NCBI GenBank assembly: GCA_053919585.1
Contig: CM132806.1
Direction: 5' to 3' (one strand)
DNA from: Euprymna scolopes
Lineage: Eukaryota
Length of the DNA stretch: 64,000 nucleotides
Shown: positions 27,420 to 42,390 of the stretch, piece after piece
Position numbering within the stretch: position 1 is the stretch's first letter
How the letters are laid out: each line of letters starts with the position of its first letter
Notes under the pieces: generated by a model
What the model saw: the letters and a program-made list of their open reading frames with translations, nothing else
Databases searched by the model: none
Told to the model about the DNA's origin: nothing
Translations under genes and position numbers: made by a program

Positions 27420-29060
27420 AAATAACTTAATGAGCAGTACAAAGTGAAAAGAAAGTATATGAAAGCTGTTCTAGAGGAGATCAAATAAAGAATACTAGCA
27501 AAAGGTGCGAAAGTGAAGAGATATACTGAGAGAACTCAACACTTCCGAGAGAATAAGTTATTGCCCGAATCATGAGAAATTTTATGAAAAGCTTAATAGA
27601 CGGTCAAATTGTGTAAATGAAGCACCAAAGTACGAAGATTACACAACGTTTAATAGTAATATTTGGAATGTAAAAAAAGCATAATATAAATGCGCTGTGA
27701 CTGGAAGATGTGAGGAATGAAATACAAAGTTAAAGCAACCGCAAGGTGTAGTGAAAGTGGGCAAGGAGAAAGTGAGTAAACAATGTAAGAAAATTCCAAA
27801 GCTCCCGTACCAGATGGTGTATAGGGGTACTGGTAAAAAAACTTTATCACCTTGCATGAAAGAATTACATCTCTACGTGATGGAATATTTACAGCAGATA
27901 TAATTCCTGAATGGAGAACGCGTGGAAGAACAGTGCTCACTGCGCTTGATTATTATTGGTCTATTTCCTGCCTTCAACCGATGTGGAAACTGCGGACAGG
28001 CATTTTGGCAAATGAGATTTACAAACATCTGAACCAGCAAGGGATCTTACCGTGTATTATTCAATGGGAAAATGAGCTAAAAGATATGGATAGGAAGACA
28101 AGGAAAACAATGGCAATTAATGGAGCTCGTTACCAAAAGAATGATTTCGATAGGTTATGTGTGGAAATAAAAAGAGGAAGGACTAATACATGTAAAACGA
28201 TGTGCAAAATCAAAATAGTCGGAAAGTTCACATATTTAACCGTAAAGAAAAGCTTTTAACGGACGTGGCAAAATTGGAAAAATTGCATGAGAGCGAACTA
28301 TTAAGAAGCAAAGAATTTAAGGCAATGAATGTACAAAATATGTAGGACAAGTGGATTGAGAAGACAATGCATATACAGTTCAGTAGAGATCGACCAGAGG
28401 CAGTGGGCAAATTAAAAAAACATTGCCATCGTTGTCAAAATGCGACTTGAAGTTTAGGGCTGAAGCCCTAATATGTGCCACAGAACAGCAAATGTTAAGA
28501 ACAAATTGTGTGACGTATCACATTGCTAAAACGGCTGAAAGTCCTCTATGTCGACTGTGTGGACAGAAAGTTGAGAATATACGACACTTCCTCAGTAGTT
28601 GTGAGAACTAAACTCAAAAGGAATACAAGATACGGCATGATAATATTTCGGGAAAGGGCTATCAGGATATATATATATATAAGGACAGAGGGTTTGAATG
28701 CAGTGAACAATGGTGTGTTTTTGAAGGGGTGGTTGAGGGCGATGATGTAAATTTATTGTGAGATATGAATAGTCAATGTAATAATGTGATTGATGCAAGA
28801 TCTAGTGTTTTTTAGGAAAAGAAGGAACACATGACAAGAATTGTTAGTATAGCAGTGCGAATGTGAAATAAAAGGAAAATGAGAAGGTGGAGAAGTACCA
28901 ACACTTGAAAAAGCAAACGCAAAGATTGCGGAAGTAGATTGAGAAAATTAGGATGCATTACAATGTTGGATTACTTCAAAAGAATGCCTTGTTGGGCAGT
29001 GCAAGAATCTTGCGGAAAGTACTAGAAAACTGAGAAAGCTGTTGAAAGCCTATGTTCATT
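27420..29060 (+). mobile_element. R4/Dong-like RLE retrotransposon, decayed
   Basis: ELKDMDRKTRK, EALICATEQQMLRTN, PLCRLC..HFLSSC, RHD. Confidence 0.8.
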
Positions 29061-29509
29061 TGTAATCCATTATGTTTTGTATGGTAAAGTTCTTGAGATA
29101 CGTTTCAATGTTTACCTTTCCATGTCGAGTACTCTTAAACGTGTCTTATTAAACACAAACATGGAAAAAACTTTGAAACCTCTCCCAATAAGATTTCCAC
29201 ACCAAATATTATGGATTATCTCTTGAAACTCATATGGAAGATGGATGATCCACATTTAAAAGGTATACATCCTACTTTCTCTCCGTGCATAAACCACACT
29301 CGAATATATTTTATAAAAAATAAATGTAATATTGACCCTCATTTCAATATAACCCACTTTCTGGTCAGATGCCTTGGTCTCTTTGAATCGGGATTTCACT
29401 GAAACATGTACGCAGATATGTAATTTATAATATTTGTATAATAAACAGACTATATACCAACTCTGTCATCAATTGATCTCTTTTTAATAATCACGCGGGT
29501 TTCATTAGA

Positions 29510-31920
29510 TTTACATGTAGAAAAGCTATAGAATAACTACATATTCTACAATTAAACATGGCTTCCAATATAAGAGGTTATAGACCCAGCAGAAAACTTT
29601 ACTTTGATGATTCAGAGTAAAAATTTGAAATGTGGTAAGTGAAATTTTAGGATATTTACGAATCCAAAAATTACACAAGATACTTAAGGCACAACTTCAA
29701 AACCAAAACGACCCTAAGTTTATTGAAAAGAATTCAACTGTCTTTGCGGATTTAATAAAGTGCTTAGATGATAGAAGTCTATCTTTGGTAATGCAGGAAG
29801 CCTTGGGCAATGGTTGCAAAGTATTGAACATATTAAGTGAGCATTATTTATTGAAAGGAAACCCCCTAAATTATCTCTTTATATGCTGAATATACATCCA
29901 CAAGATGTACGGAAGCCGATACGGTTACAAAATATATTATAAGGGCCGAAACATAAGCAAATTCATTAAAAATGTCTGGCGAAGTTTTTAGCGATAGTCT
30001 CTTAATCTCCATGATCCTTAAATGTTTACCTAGTGATTTTAATATGTTTTCCACCGTGATAACTCAGAAAAGAAATCCATGATATTTAGTTAATTTATGG
30101 TAACACTTAGGAGTTAGGAGGAAAATCAGAAAACGTATACAGAAAAAAAACGAATTCACAAATATCATGAATTGTAAAAATGCCCACTTAAAAACACCAA
30201 CATTGACTTATAGTTTTACCTCGAATAAAAACTGCAACCTTTCCAAAACATTGTTTTCCCCTAAGAATAGGACGAAAATTATTTCCTACAATTGTGGGGG
30301 AACCAATCACCAGAGTTTCCAATGAAGATACAAAAATTTTTAAAGGGACTCCATTCTAAATTTTTATCTTCACGTATGTATGACGCCTCAACAAACGAAA
30401 ACAACTTTCTTGTCAATTATGGGCCAACGTCACATGTAATTATGAAGGAATCACATTTTATTAGTTTGGATCCCAACTTTAGCACTCAAAGTTACTTTGT
30501 AGAACAAGTCGTCGGCAATTAAGTAAACGATATCGTTTTGAAGAGGCGATGCTAAAATCTCGCTAAGAAATAACAAAGGTTAATTTTGTTTCTGTATTCT
30601 GGAAGACGCTCTACTAATCCGTGATTTAAACAAAATATATTTTCTGTACAAGTTTCCATTACACAAAGTGCAAATATAAACTTTACCCCCAATAAATTTA
30701 AACTGGTGTACCTGAATGGAACTGTATTCGATATTACAGAAAATAGAAGACTATATTATTTAAAGCGCGTTGTTTCATCAAAATTAACATACCGTGATTT
30801 ACAGAAATTCTATAAAATTCTTGGGAACTGAATTATTCCAGATATCAAAATGTTGCTGAATGCAAACATTTGATAAAACGAAAATAAAAATTTGCAAATA
30901 GTTACTGTTAAGTGTAGAGATATGATATTGAACAAAGATGGCGGTGAAGAATCAGTGCAGTTCCGATCCTGAATGTTAAGTAATTCCTAGTAACAAAGAT
31001 GGCAGCGAAGATTCAGAGCAGTTCCGATCTTGAGTGTTAAGTAATTCCTAATAATAAAGATTGTGGAGAAGAACCAAAGACAGGTTCGTGACAGAGATGA
31101 CGACGAACTGATTGAATCCAAAATTCGACAATTTTTATAGTAACTTTGGAAGCTTCTCATTGGTTGGTTATTATAATTTGTGGTTATAAAAACGATCGTC
31201 GAAATCATTGGTGTCATACTCTCATTACTCGTAATGGGGTTGAGTGTCCCAGCGGCTTCGGCTGCAGGGAAACTGCGTAGAGTACTCGTCAAGGATCAGT
31301 ACTTGACAATCAGCCCGACAGGTGCGGGACCAGGAACTAGCCCTGCACCTGTCGGACTGAGGTACACCGCTTGGGTATCACCCATGAGGTCCACTTTCCC
31401 AGGCCTTGCAATCCGGCTTTCGGGTAGAGCAAGTGTATTGCTTGTCGCCCCTACAGGGGAATGCCGATGGGGTGCCCAGACAATTCTGTTTGAGACAAGA
31501 ATGCCCCTCCTTAACGGGAGCTTGCCTATCTTCCACCTTCTGACCTTGAGTCACATTTTGATATGGGTGACACCAAATAAATATTTACCCCCATTCGGAG
31601 TCAAAAACATTTTAACTGCGATGTTTGTACACAAGGTAAAATGGCAAAGTACCAATAACAAAAGGCAAAAAACACAAGGCCACGAATATCCGATCACTGG
31701 TACATTGTGGCACCGAAGGACAGAGAAACTTCAGGTATGCATTAAACTTTGTAGACGATGATTCCAGTTTATTTATTGTCTATTTCTTGATGGGTAAGTC
31801 TGATACCTTGCTAGCAACGAGAAATACTTAGCTGGCATGGCCGTCTACGGTGCAGTAAAGTGTGTTCGCTTTGACAATGGTACAGAATTTATTAATAAAA
31901 ACTTTGAACTTTAATTAATT
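29510..31920 (+). mobile_element. Ty1/copia internal remnant (gag-protease-integrase), interrupted
   Basis: LDDRSLSLVM..ILSEHY (gag), FLVNYGPTSHV (protease-like), FNCDVCTQGKM, VKCVRFDNGTEF (integrase). Confidence 0.75.
30900..31590 (-). mobile_element. GC-rich structured insert inside copia, probably the 5' region of a non-LTR element
   Basis: Interrupts copia between the pre-integrase H and CxxC motifs. Multiple hairpins and a 60-bp tandem duplication at 30931-31060. Confidence 0.45.
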
Positions 31921-32673
31921 AAAAAATAAATGGAAACTAACATAAAAATCTGACCCAAAAATTGGCCCCTAATTCAATGTAAAACAATATTATAATTATA
32001 TATATTCGACCCTTAACAAACATTTTCAAACAGATGTAGATATGATTTCCTTTTATTAATTTATTTTCGATATATTACGTCATCCTGGCTAGGCACCCTA
32101 CTTATTCCCATGTTATTAGAGACTGTTTGTAAATGTCTTGTGCTGTGGATGGGTTAACATGTCGTATGAGCATCTCATATGTCTACCTTAGAATCATTTC
32201 GACACCTAATCGATGGAGCAACATTTATTTTTCAAATTACTGAAAACTATAAATCATATTTATGATTTATTGATTTTGTAAAAGAAGATGTTCTTGCATC
32301 GTGATGTTGAAGATCTGGCTAAACGATTTTACACACACATTTGTATATACATGTGTGTATGTATACACGTGCATGAATATAAACATATTTCTTTGATAAT
32401 ATGTGTTTGCATTTATATTAACCTTTTATTTATACTAGTCATTAATTTATGAAGCTCAATGTATATGCAGAGCATATAACAAATAAATGACAAAAGGCTA
32501 TATTCCAAATGTCATTTTTTTATTCGTTTTAGTACGTTTACATTCAAAATGCTTGAGAGCACAGTTTGTTCTACTAAAAAGTTCTTTCAAGAATTGTGAA
32601 TGTCAAAAGATTAAAATGAATAAATTGTAAGATTGTCAACGCCATAGAATTTGGAATACATACTTTTATCATT

Positions 32674-32713
<40 letters not shown>

Positions 32714-33029
32714 TTCGAAAATGGTAATTAGTAAAAACCCGAAGAAAGTGCGTAATACTATTGCAGAGCAAATATGTTTCTTTCTAATTTTATTACCATT
32801 TCATCTGTTTTTTATCTGTTTATTTTATTACCGTTTTATCTGTTTCTAATATCGTTTTTCCAAATCATAATTTCTGTTTTAGTCTGACGAAGTTGCTAGA
32901 GTGTTGATACGATTCAGTAACAGAAACATGTGTATCTAAACAGATAAATCGGTAATAAAACAAACACACACACAAACACAACCATACGCACACACGTACA
33001 CTCATACACATACATACACAACACACACA

Positions 33030-33089
<60 letters not shown>

Positions 33090-33091
<2 letters not shown>

Positions 33092-33790
33092 TAAGCAGCC
33101 ACCTCCTCCCCCACTGTACCACGCGCTCAAGATCAGAGGAGAGAGAATTGCATGTCACTAAGAAGGTTATTTCTGCTGAGGTTGTTGACTACTTCTCTAT
33201 TTAATATGAACTCCAGCATCTTACTTATGACACACAGGAGACTTATTGGTCTGTACTGTGAGGGAGAGAACTTATCACCTGAATTCTTAAATACAGGGCA
33301 TACTGATGAGGTTTTCAAGGCTGTTGGGAAACACTTCTTTTTAAGACAACGCTTTAGGAGTTTTGTATGTATGGGGGGAAGTTATAGTTCAAGATTTTGA
33401 GCACAAAGAATGGAATTCCGCCAGGATCAGTTGCCTTACTAGAATCAAGGTTCTTGATTAGCTTGGCTACATCACGCACAGATATTTGTATGTTGCAGAA
33501 CGTGTCGTCCGTTATAAGAGGAAATACGGGGAGTTGATGGCCTTCGTTGCATAGTGTGTAATTAGCTGCAAAGTTATTGGCAAATAGTTTGGCCTTATAT
33601 GATGCTGACAAAATGACCTCAGGTCCATTGATGATGGTTGGGATAGAGCGCACGTTGCTGTTCAGGATCCTGTTAGCTATTTGCCAAAACTGGTGGGAAG
33701 AAAGCCGCTGCTCAGATACTTTGGATTTAACGGACTGCGCATATGGCTCTCTTGCATTTTTTATTACTCTTTACTGGCAGTCCTGAAGGC
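33090..33790 (-). mobile_element. CR1-group LINE fragment, same family as 18340-21100
   Basis: VCPVFKNSGDK..YRPISLL, LDSSKAT. Jumps from LLSDMQ directly to SLSSDLERVVQW. Confidence 0.82.
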
Positions 33791-35639
33791 AGCTTTATTT
33801 TTATAGTTCGTGATTAATCGACGCAATTTAGAAAAATACTATTGAAATATATATTACAAATATATACTTCTTCATAATTAAACTTATATATATATATGAT
33901 TATATATATATATGATTATATATATATATGATACATATATATGTATATTTTTATATATGTGTGTATATATGCTATTATAAGTAATAGGGTGCTATTTTAT
34001 TTAAATGATGTTATGAACATTGTTTTTGAAGAAAGACAAACGATATGTTCTTCTCTTTAAAAGAGAATTGTATTTACCTATAAAGATAAAAAGTACGCTT
34101 TCGCCACAATTGCGTCTTTTTAAGTGATATTTTATTAATCATGTTTTTTCTGTTTGAAATCAATCTGGGTAATGGGCCGTTGGGATATTAAATGGGCATT
34201 TTATCCTATAAAATGTGCGTTTAATATTCGATTGTGTATGAGAGTTCGTTTCTTATATACTCGGAAACTGCTTGGCTGATTTTGTGAAAATTTTACACGA
34301 ACAACTTCAGATGAATTGAAGTGTTTTTACGTAGGTTTTGTAATAGGAACGAGTTTCAAAGGTATGGAAAATTGAAAAATAATTAATTAATAAAATCTAT
34401 TGATTAAAGAAAGAAGTTTGATTTAGGCCAAAGTTAACACATTTATATACCTAACATTATAAGTGATTTTGAAAAGTCTTATCACTGCACAAGCAGAAAG
34501 GTCTAGTCGATAAAATAAACTGTAAATTCCTTAAATGGATAGGTGCATGGTCGAAATGAATGTTTCTTTTCAGAGCATTATTGATATATGATACTCGATT
34601 TTTATATCACACAATTTAAGTTAAGCAAAAATTTCGAAATCAGGATATGACCTCTATATTAAATGTCTCATACAAAATACCTTTTCTCAAAACTTGCACT
34701 GTTTGTGAATATTACATACAAACATTAATTATTCAGAATTCATATCGAAAGTAAATCTACTTTGTTGTACAAACGTCATGTGACTTTTACTTTATATAAG
34801 ATTAATTTTTTTATCATTTTTCATACAATACCCATATATATTTCCATACTTTATCTGCATTTAATGTCCGTGCGGATACACTCGTTTATTGGCGACGTTA
34901 TTACACTTTTAATTAATCGATTGGAGATAATTAATCATTGTCTAATTAGGGAATCTATTACCGATCCTCATTAGTAGAAAATAAAAACATGAAGGAAAGT
35001 AAATTAGCATCAAATAATCAGATCTCTTGGATAGTCTATAGTTTCATCCTCATCAATTTTGGCTGCTGAAGTCAGCTGTCTAAATAGAATTAAAAGTTTT
35101 ATGGGTAATTGTTCTGGACTATGCTGAAAATTTAAATTCAGANNNNNNNNNNNNNNNNNNNNNNNNNNNNNNNNNNNNNNNNNNNNNNNNNNNNNNNNNN
35201 NNNNNNNNNNNNNNNNNNNNNNNNNNNNNNNNNNNNNNNNNNNNNNNNNNNNNNNNNNNNNNNNNNNNNNNNNNNNNNNNNNNNNNNNNNNNNNNNNNNN
35301 NNNNNNNNNNNNNNNNNNNNNNNNNNACATACAGAATGCGTCAGGAAATACATTCTCAACATTATTTGCTAACATTTCTAGAATTACAGATTTATTACGA
35401 TTAAACATGTTGTTATAACTCTTTATTAGCCACAATAAAACAGAACAACGAGGGTAGACAATATATTAGAAAACAAAGGGCTACAAAAAGAAAAGAGTGT
35501 TAGCGTTCCACTGAGTAAGCGAGGTTATCTCCGGAACTTACCTGCTGTCGTTAAGAGTTTCTGTATACACGGACGGTGGTTGAATCTATTTATAGGATTG
35601 TTTCCCCTCAGCACTCCTATCCCAAACTGCGATTTCTCC

Positions 35640-36360
35640 AGGTGCAAAATCAGTATTTTTCTTTTCTTTAGGAGCAGATAAGCAAGGAGTCTGTGCACTT
35701 TCTCTTTCTGCTGAAGCCTCTCGGTTCTGGCAATTCGGTATACATTCCCAAAGTTTTATCCTTCTTTAGTAATTGGTTAAGTGGTGTACTCAGCTAACGC
35801 ACGTTGGTGATTGACCCTTAGTAATGAGTTGCTAACCCTTAAAGCTGCGCTATGTTTTTCGGTGCCGGCATCTTTCTAATAGCAGTCACTCTTTCAGAAT
35901 CTGGGCGTCTGCCATCGTTATCAATTATATCTCCTAGGTGCTTGCTTTTTTTTAAGAATTCACACTTGTCCTCTTTAACCATAAACCCATAATTTTGTAT
36001 TAGACTGAATGATATGGTTTGCATGATCCCCCTGCTTTTACTCGCTTTAATTATGCCATCTAAATATTCGATGTCGGTTTCATAGGTCGCCATAACCTGC
36101 TAGAATATAGCAGATGGTACAGTGACCCCGAACGGGAGCCTGTCGTATCTGTACAAACACCGATGGCTATTAATAAAGGTTAGCGCTTTTGTCGTTTACA
36201 GGAATTTGTAAAGAATCATCGCTCAGTTAGTTCTCAGAAAAAAGTGCCGCCATTTAATTTGTGAATACTTCCTATCGACCGGATAGTGAAATCGCCCAAC
36301 GATTCCTTGAGTCTGGTCGAGAAGTCAGCGCAAATGCGTTGCTTCGAATTTTATTTCCTT
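35640..36360 (-). mobile_element. Ty3/gypsy RT-RNaseH remnant
   Basis: RICADFS, RLPFGV, HLGDIIDNDGRRPD..AIRKMPAPKN. Confidence 0.75.
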
Positions 36361-36649
36361 TTTATGATCAGCAGTGAACACTTTCCATAATGCATTCTAT
36401 TCATATATCCTGGGTAAAGATTCTGGTTGTATATATTACCGTGTAAAGTCCTTATTGGGTTTTGTAAAGATTTTCATGCCATCCATGTACATTAAGTAGT
36501 TCATTCTTTTATCTGCATTAATGAACTTGTATACAATTTGGCATTTTTTACAAATGAGTGTCCACTAATCAAGACATGGGGACCACTTGAAGATAAGAGT
36601 TATCAAGTGTACAGTAGACAATGGAAAATTGTAGTAACCGTTAGTAGTG

Positions 36650-37110
36650 GAATTTGGTAAATTGAATTACTTAAGAGAATGGCTCATCAAGATCTTGTTC
36701 ACGTTTGACTTGAAGACGACAATATTGTAGTCAGATGAAAAGCAGGAAAATGGAACAAAATTTCACAATCGTGTAGTTCTATGAAAAATACTTTATTCAT
36801 TAAATTAAAGTTTAGGTTTAAGCAAAGATAAACAGTTGGATAAAGTATTGATAGTGGTTTGAGTTAGACAAATGTTTTTCATGAAAGTCATGCCGAGAAG
36901 ACCATACATTGAAGCGTAGAGTAGTGCTTGCCATGAAAATAACGATAAAGCAGAGATAGGCTCGCAACGTCTCTTCCGGGGGAAAGAGGTCGCAGAGAAA
37001 AGAAAAAGTGTATACCAACAGGCTACGAAATCTATTCTGAACTCTGTCAAGGCAGGGTTAGTGTTCTGGCAGCAGTTGTGCAGATGTAGCAAGTTTGCTC
37101 TATCCTTGAG
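36650..37110 (-). mobile_element. CR1-group LINE 3' fragment (second family)
   Basis: Homologous to 41860-42390 and 44915-45480 (shared CGTTGCGAGCCT). Confidence 0.6.
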
Positions 37111-37189
37111 CGTATTTGTTTCTTATACAGCTAGATAATCGCATTAGCAGTGAGATATCTGCTAGATCGATAGAACGATAATCATTCCT

Positions 37190-38510
37190 TTCAGATACAT
37201 TGCAACGGATTTGATGTACGTGTTCCATCTCAGATCATAAGTAAAAGTCAGACCCAGAAGCTTGTCAAGCCATGGAGCTTCCTCAGGACCAGAGCCATTC
37301 ATTTTAATTGATGCGAAACGGGGATCAGAGCGTTGATGATAGAAAGAAAGAAAAATCGTTTTCGATGCATTAAAATTAACCAGCAACCTCTTTCCTGATT
37401 GTACCACGTGATCAAGATCAGGGGAGAAATAATCAGAGAAAACAGTGCCATTTACCACCTTTCAAGCGTTACCATAGATGGTAGTTTTGTCAGCATGAAT
37501 GTCTACAAATAATATTAGGATGTGATTTGGGAGATCATTGAGAAAGATCAGGAAGAGAGTTGGATCCAGGATGGACCCCTGCGGGACTCCAGCATTAATA
37601 CTGTAAGCTTTTTATTTAAGCACATCAACTTATGAACCTATGAGAGAGAAATGATTAAATAATTTTAATAATATTCTAGCTGGAGATCTTGTGAAGACGA
37701 TTTATATCATACCCTATCAAAGGCCTATGATATGTCAAAGGCAATTGCCCTAGAAAGGAAGCCTCTGTCGAGAGATTCGCTAATCCTATGAGATATAACT
37801 GTTAGCACCTTTGCTGTAGATCTAGCAGAAAGGAAACAATATTGCAGGAGGTTATTTTAGCTGCGGTGCTTTACTCCTCTATTTAAAACAGATTCTAACA
37901 ACTTACTCATGGCGCATATGAGACGTATTAGTCTGTAATGAGAGATGACCGATCACCTAAACTTTTAAATACAGGACATACTGATCAGGTTTTCCAGAGG
38001 GTTGGGAAGCAATTCTACCAAATACAACGCTTAAACAGCTTTGTAAGTATGGGAGCATGTTCTGGTTTAGATTTTTAAGCACTATAATAGAAATGCCGTC
38101 AGAACTAGTTGCTTTACTGGAACGGAATTGTTCGATTAGCTTGGCACATATATTTGTTTGTCGCGTCGCGTGTTTTTAGACACATGATAAAATAAGGGGA
38201 GGGGGTGCTCATCGCACAGGGTAAAATCAGCTCCAAATTTTTTTTGGTAAAGAGTTTCATACTATCAGATGCTGATGAGATTACCTCAGGTCCATTGATG
38301 CTATTTGTGATAGAGTACATACTTCTAGTTAGGGCCCTTTTTGTAATTTGCCAAAATTGGTGGGGACCAAGCCACTGCTCAGCTACGTTAGACTTTACGC
38401 ACTGTATATACAACTCTTTCGCGTTCTTTTTTATTCTACGGTGCTTGCTGGCAGTTCTGAAGGCATGTACTTAGTATATTGTTCAGGGGCATCATGATTG
38501 TGATTAACAG
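37190..38510 (-). mobile_element. CR1-group LINE fragment, older copy of the same family
   Basis: FNASKT, DKLLGLTFT, AGVPQGSILDP, QFWQIT. Confidence 0.8.
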
Positions 38511-38696
38511 TAGTGGTGATAGGGGATTACATTGAAAGATCTATTATTATATTTGAAGTGTAGTTATGTATCACCCATCAGTTGCCAGTTCAATTTTCTA
38601 TGTTTACATTACATAATGTTTTCTGGTATTTTTAATTCTTAAGCATACTATTACACATGCCTCAGGAACCCTGCTATACGGTTTTTGTAGTCAATC

Positions 38697-38738
<42 letters not shown>

Positions 38739-41429
38739 TATTATTATTATTATTATTGTTATTATTATTATTTTTATCATTATTGTTATTACAATCATAA
38801 TAAAAGTAATAGCAATGAGAATTACAGAAATAATTAAGTCACACAAACAACACCAATGATGATGCCTTTACTAATAATAATGCTAATAGATGCTACTGAT
38901 AATATTAACAAGTGCAATAGATAATGATTAACATACATGAAACTTAATCCCAAATAGACTCTTAGGAGGATATGACGAAATACTAGTAATAATCGACAGG
39001 GTATAATTGCGGTAACATAATCGCGGCATAATATTTTTATGTGTAATTTGAAAACTTATATTTTGTAGGTTTTTATAGTAAGCTTGTGGTATGTTGTGAG
39101 GAACTAAGAAGAACGAAAGATGATTATTGCAAAGACAGGAGATGTTTATTGACCTTAATATTGAAAAGGGTAACGCTGTAAAAAATTGTAGACGGCACTC
39201 ACCCTATGCTGGTTTAACAGGCTTCTTCCAAAAGAAGGAAGTTCCATAAGAGTATGAAATTCACAAGCAGTTTCCGTGTCGTATGTTTATTCCCGTTTGG
39301 AGATATGATTGCGTTAGAGTTTTGCAACTGTTGCAGGGAGGTGTCAACGTCCCTCTACGTACAGCACCTAAAATTCCCAAATCGGTTTCCCATCTGATAC
39401 TGACCAGCTCAATATTGCTTGACTTCGGTGATCTAACGAGAATCGGTGTGTCAGCGTGATTATTCCATACTATAACGTTATAGGGAAGAGGAAAACAGTC
39501 ATTTTGCAACAGAATTCCACAAGCCTGCGGTCCTTGAAAAGAAGCTACTGGAATAGGAAGATATATTACGATGAGGCATCAGAAGAGCAAATTAATTAAG
39601 AATTTTTTAACTCTAAATCAAACGAGCTGGATTAAAAGAAGAAGGATTAACACTTCTAATAAAATAAAAGCGTTGTCTTTGAATAAATTGGCAGATATTT
39701 TCATATAGTTTTTCTTTTGTTTTACTAGTGTTATAACTTACTATTAATAAATATTACTCCTTATAGTGTATTAAATATGATACTAAATTTATTCATAGTG
39801 CCATTATCGCTAGGCATAAATGCCGGCTATTTAAAGTGTCTTACGCCCCGTCGTTTTTTGGTCTATAATTGTATTTACCACCAAAAGGAATTATGGTTTC
39901 GGTACTTCCCCCCTCAGTGGCAGTATACAAACTAAGAGACAAGATTAATCAACCGTTCTGTAATCGTATTTCATTTCCTGTAACGAATGACCTTGCTAGT
40001 ATAATTGTAAGTTTTGATTTATTCTGATAACATCTTAAACATTTGATGCACGAGCTGATGCTACGCGAAGAACAAACTCGATTTTCTCATCCAAAAAACG
40101 CGGGCTTTATTAAGCTGACAAACTTTTGGGGCGTGGACGACAAGTTTTCTTAAAACTAATTTACAGCGCTTTCTAAATTCTGGCTTTTTTATAATCTCGC
40201 ATAATTACACTAATGCAATCATTTTAGCTGATAGAATAGTACAAAAAAGACAGAATACAGACGACTAGACCATCAATTATTATCCATGATCTTATTTTTC
40301 CCTAATAAACTTTGTTATTAAGTTTTCATAAACAGGCCACAAGTAAGGGAGAACACACTAGCCCTTATAATATTGTTCTTCTGTGTATTATCTAGTATTG
40401 GCTACTACTTTATTGGCGGATAAAATGATTTACTTTGCCGTATCGTAGGAAACTAAAGTGAATAGTATATTGACAAATATGACCTGTTATATCAACTATA
40501 GATTAAGTAGTAGGCGAGGTTCTTAAAATCTTAGAGGAAGATATTGAACAGACAACACGCTTTAATTTACACATGTATTAATTAAGACATAAGCCAGTAA
40601 GAAAAAGATAGATATAGGCAGTGTATGTATCTGTGTTAGTCAAATCCTCTTTCTCTCAATGTTATTGTAAACGTTATAAAATAATATTTGCTTCACTTTA
40701 TCCATCTCGAACACAAATTGCTGTTAAGAAACATCTCGTCTTTTCCGATACGAATTCGATATTAGATATTGATTTAACACGAGTAAGACTGATGCAAGCT
40801 AGCCAGCTATATAAAACACAACAACCGAGATTACAGACACATGCAAAATATACTGGTTATTTTAAGAAAACAAAAGAAAACAGTGGGATGCTTATTTATA
40901 TCAGAGGTGATTTTAAAAAAACTCTGAATGGGAGCCCCAAAAAATTCTGATCTATAGGAATGAATAGCGGAAGTAAAAATTTCTCAAGTTTTTTCTTTTA
41001 GTTTCATGGAGGAACTAGGTTGATTCGTTTTATGTAACCTGTACCAATGGGCAGGAGACTATCCACAAAGGAATTGATTTGCTGAATGATTTTTAAAGAT
41101 ACTTAAATATTCTTTGAATAATGAGAGGATGTAGAATAGTGATTCTGGTTCGAACATCATCCGGCTGAGATTTTGCTTTGATTTTCTTCAAGATACCATT
41201 ACATACTTATCCACGTTATTCACGTTGATTTCCCTGTTGTGATTGCTCCTCTCAATTGACATGCAGCTTGTTATAACTATTTTTTCATCTTCGATTTTAC
41301 CTCATTTAACCGGGGAACTATTGAAAATCATCAATAAAGCTATGGGGTTTAATTTCTTTTTTTTTATTACATTTTCATACCAAACAAGGCATATTGCCAT
41401 TTTGTTGTAGGGGACGACTATCGGTGACA

Positions 41430-41680
41430 TAAGTATCAGGGGTACTGTGTAGGAAGTTGGGCAGCAAAATGTCGGTTCACGTTGCACTTGACCTTCTGCA
41501 TGTCAGTGCAGTCGGGGAAGCAGGGACCCGGAAGGGAATTCCAAAGTCTAACTGTTCTGGGGAAGAAAATACTGGAGTAGAAGGTTCTCTTGCCTCTAGG
41601 GATCTCTACTGTGAAGGGGTGGGATTTAGCTGATTGTCAGGTGTGTCGGGGATATAAGTGCTTGCAGTTCGTCAGAGCAA
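41430..41680 (-). mobile_element. CR1-group LINE 3' fragment
   Basis: Aligns by eye to 15630-15890. Confidence 0.7.
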
Positions 41681-41859
41681 TAGTAATAGTGGTACAATTG
41701 TAATGTTTGTTTCCCTTCTTCTTTATGGTTAGATTGCGTGTCCATCCCTTTGTTTGTATATAAACGAGTGAGGTTATAGTTTTATTTCAGTTCCTCTTCG
41801 TGTCTGTGTGTAAAAGGAAAACATGTTTACGTGTGTATTTTATTTTGTTGACGTTGGCT

Positions 41860-42390
41860 TGACTTCTCTATTCAAAATTCCGTGCAGATTCTCAAGTTAA
41901 CAAGTATCAACGCCTGAATACACTCGGGGATAATGGTTAATGAGTGTAAGGTGATGAGTGTTACAGGAGCTTAATGATCGTTTTCGGTGGGAATTTGGCA
42001 GGATTTTACGATTTAAAGGGGCCCGGTAGCAAGTATTTATTTCAATTGGACGTGAAGACGGTCATGTTGTAGTCAGCTGGAAGCAAGTCAGGGGATCAGA
42101 GCTCTACATGCTGCCAGAATGTGTACTTATATTCAGCCACTGATAGAGAGTAAAATAAATTGTTGATAGTGGTTGTAGCTTGCTGAGTGTTTTCTCAATG
42201 TTTTTCAAGAGGCATTTAATGAAGATCGGACGAGCATTCGCCATAATAATTAGAGTAAATCAGAGATAGGCTCGCAACGTATCTTCTTTGGGAAAATAGT
42301 TTCAGCAAGGAGAAAAAAGCATCGCCTTCTTAGTGTTGAAGCTGATTCTAAACTCTGTCATGTCTTCGAGCATCTCCTCTCCAAGTGTAG
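41860..42390 (-). mobile_element. CR1-group LINE 3' fragment (second family)
   Basis: Reverse complement of 44915-45480, including the 3'UTR. Confidence 0.65.

Noticed and set aside
31180-31761. 193-aa ORF with a signal-peptide-like start
   Set aside because: Crosses the insert/copia junction and is out of frame with the copia motifs. Likely a chance ORF.
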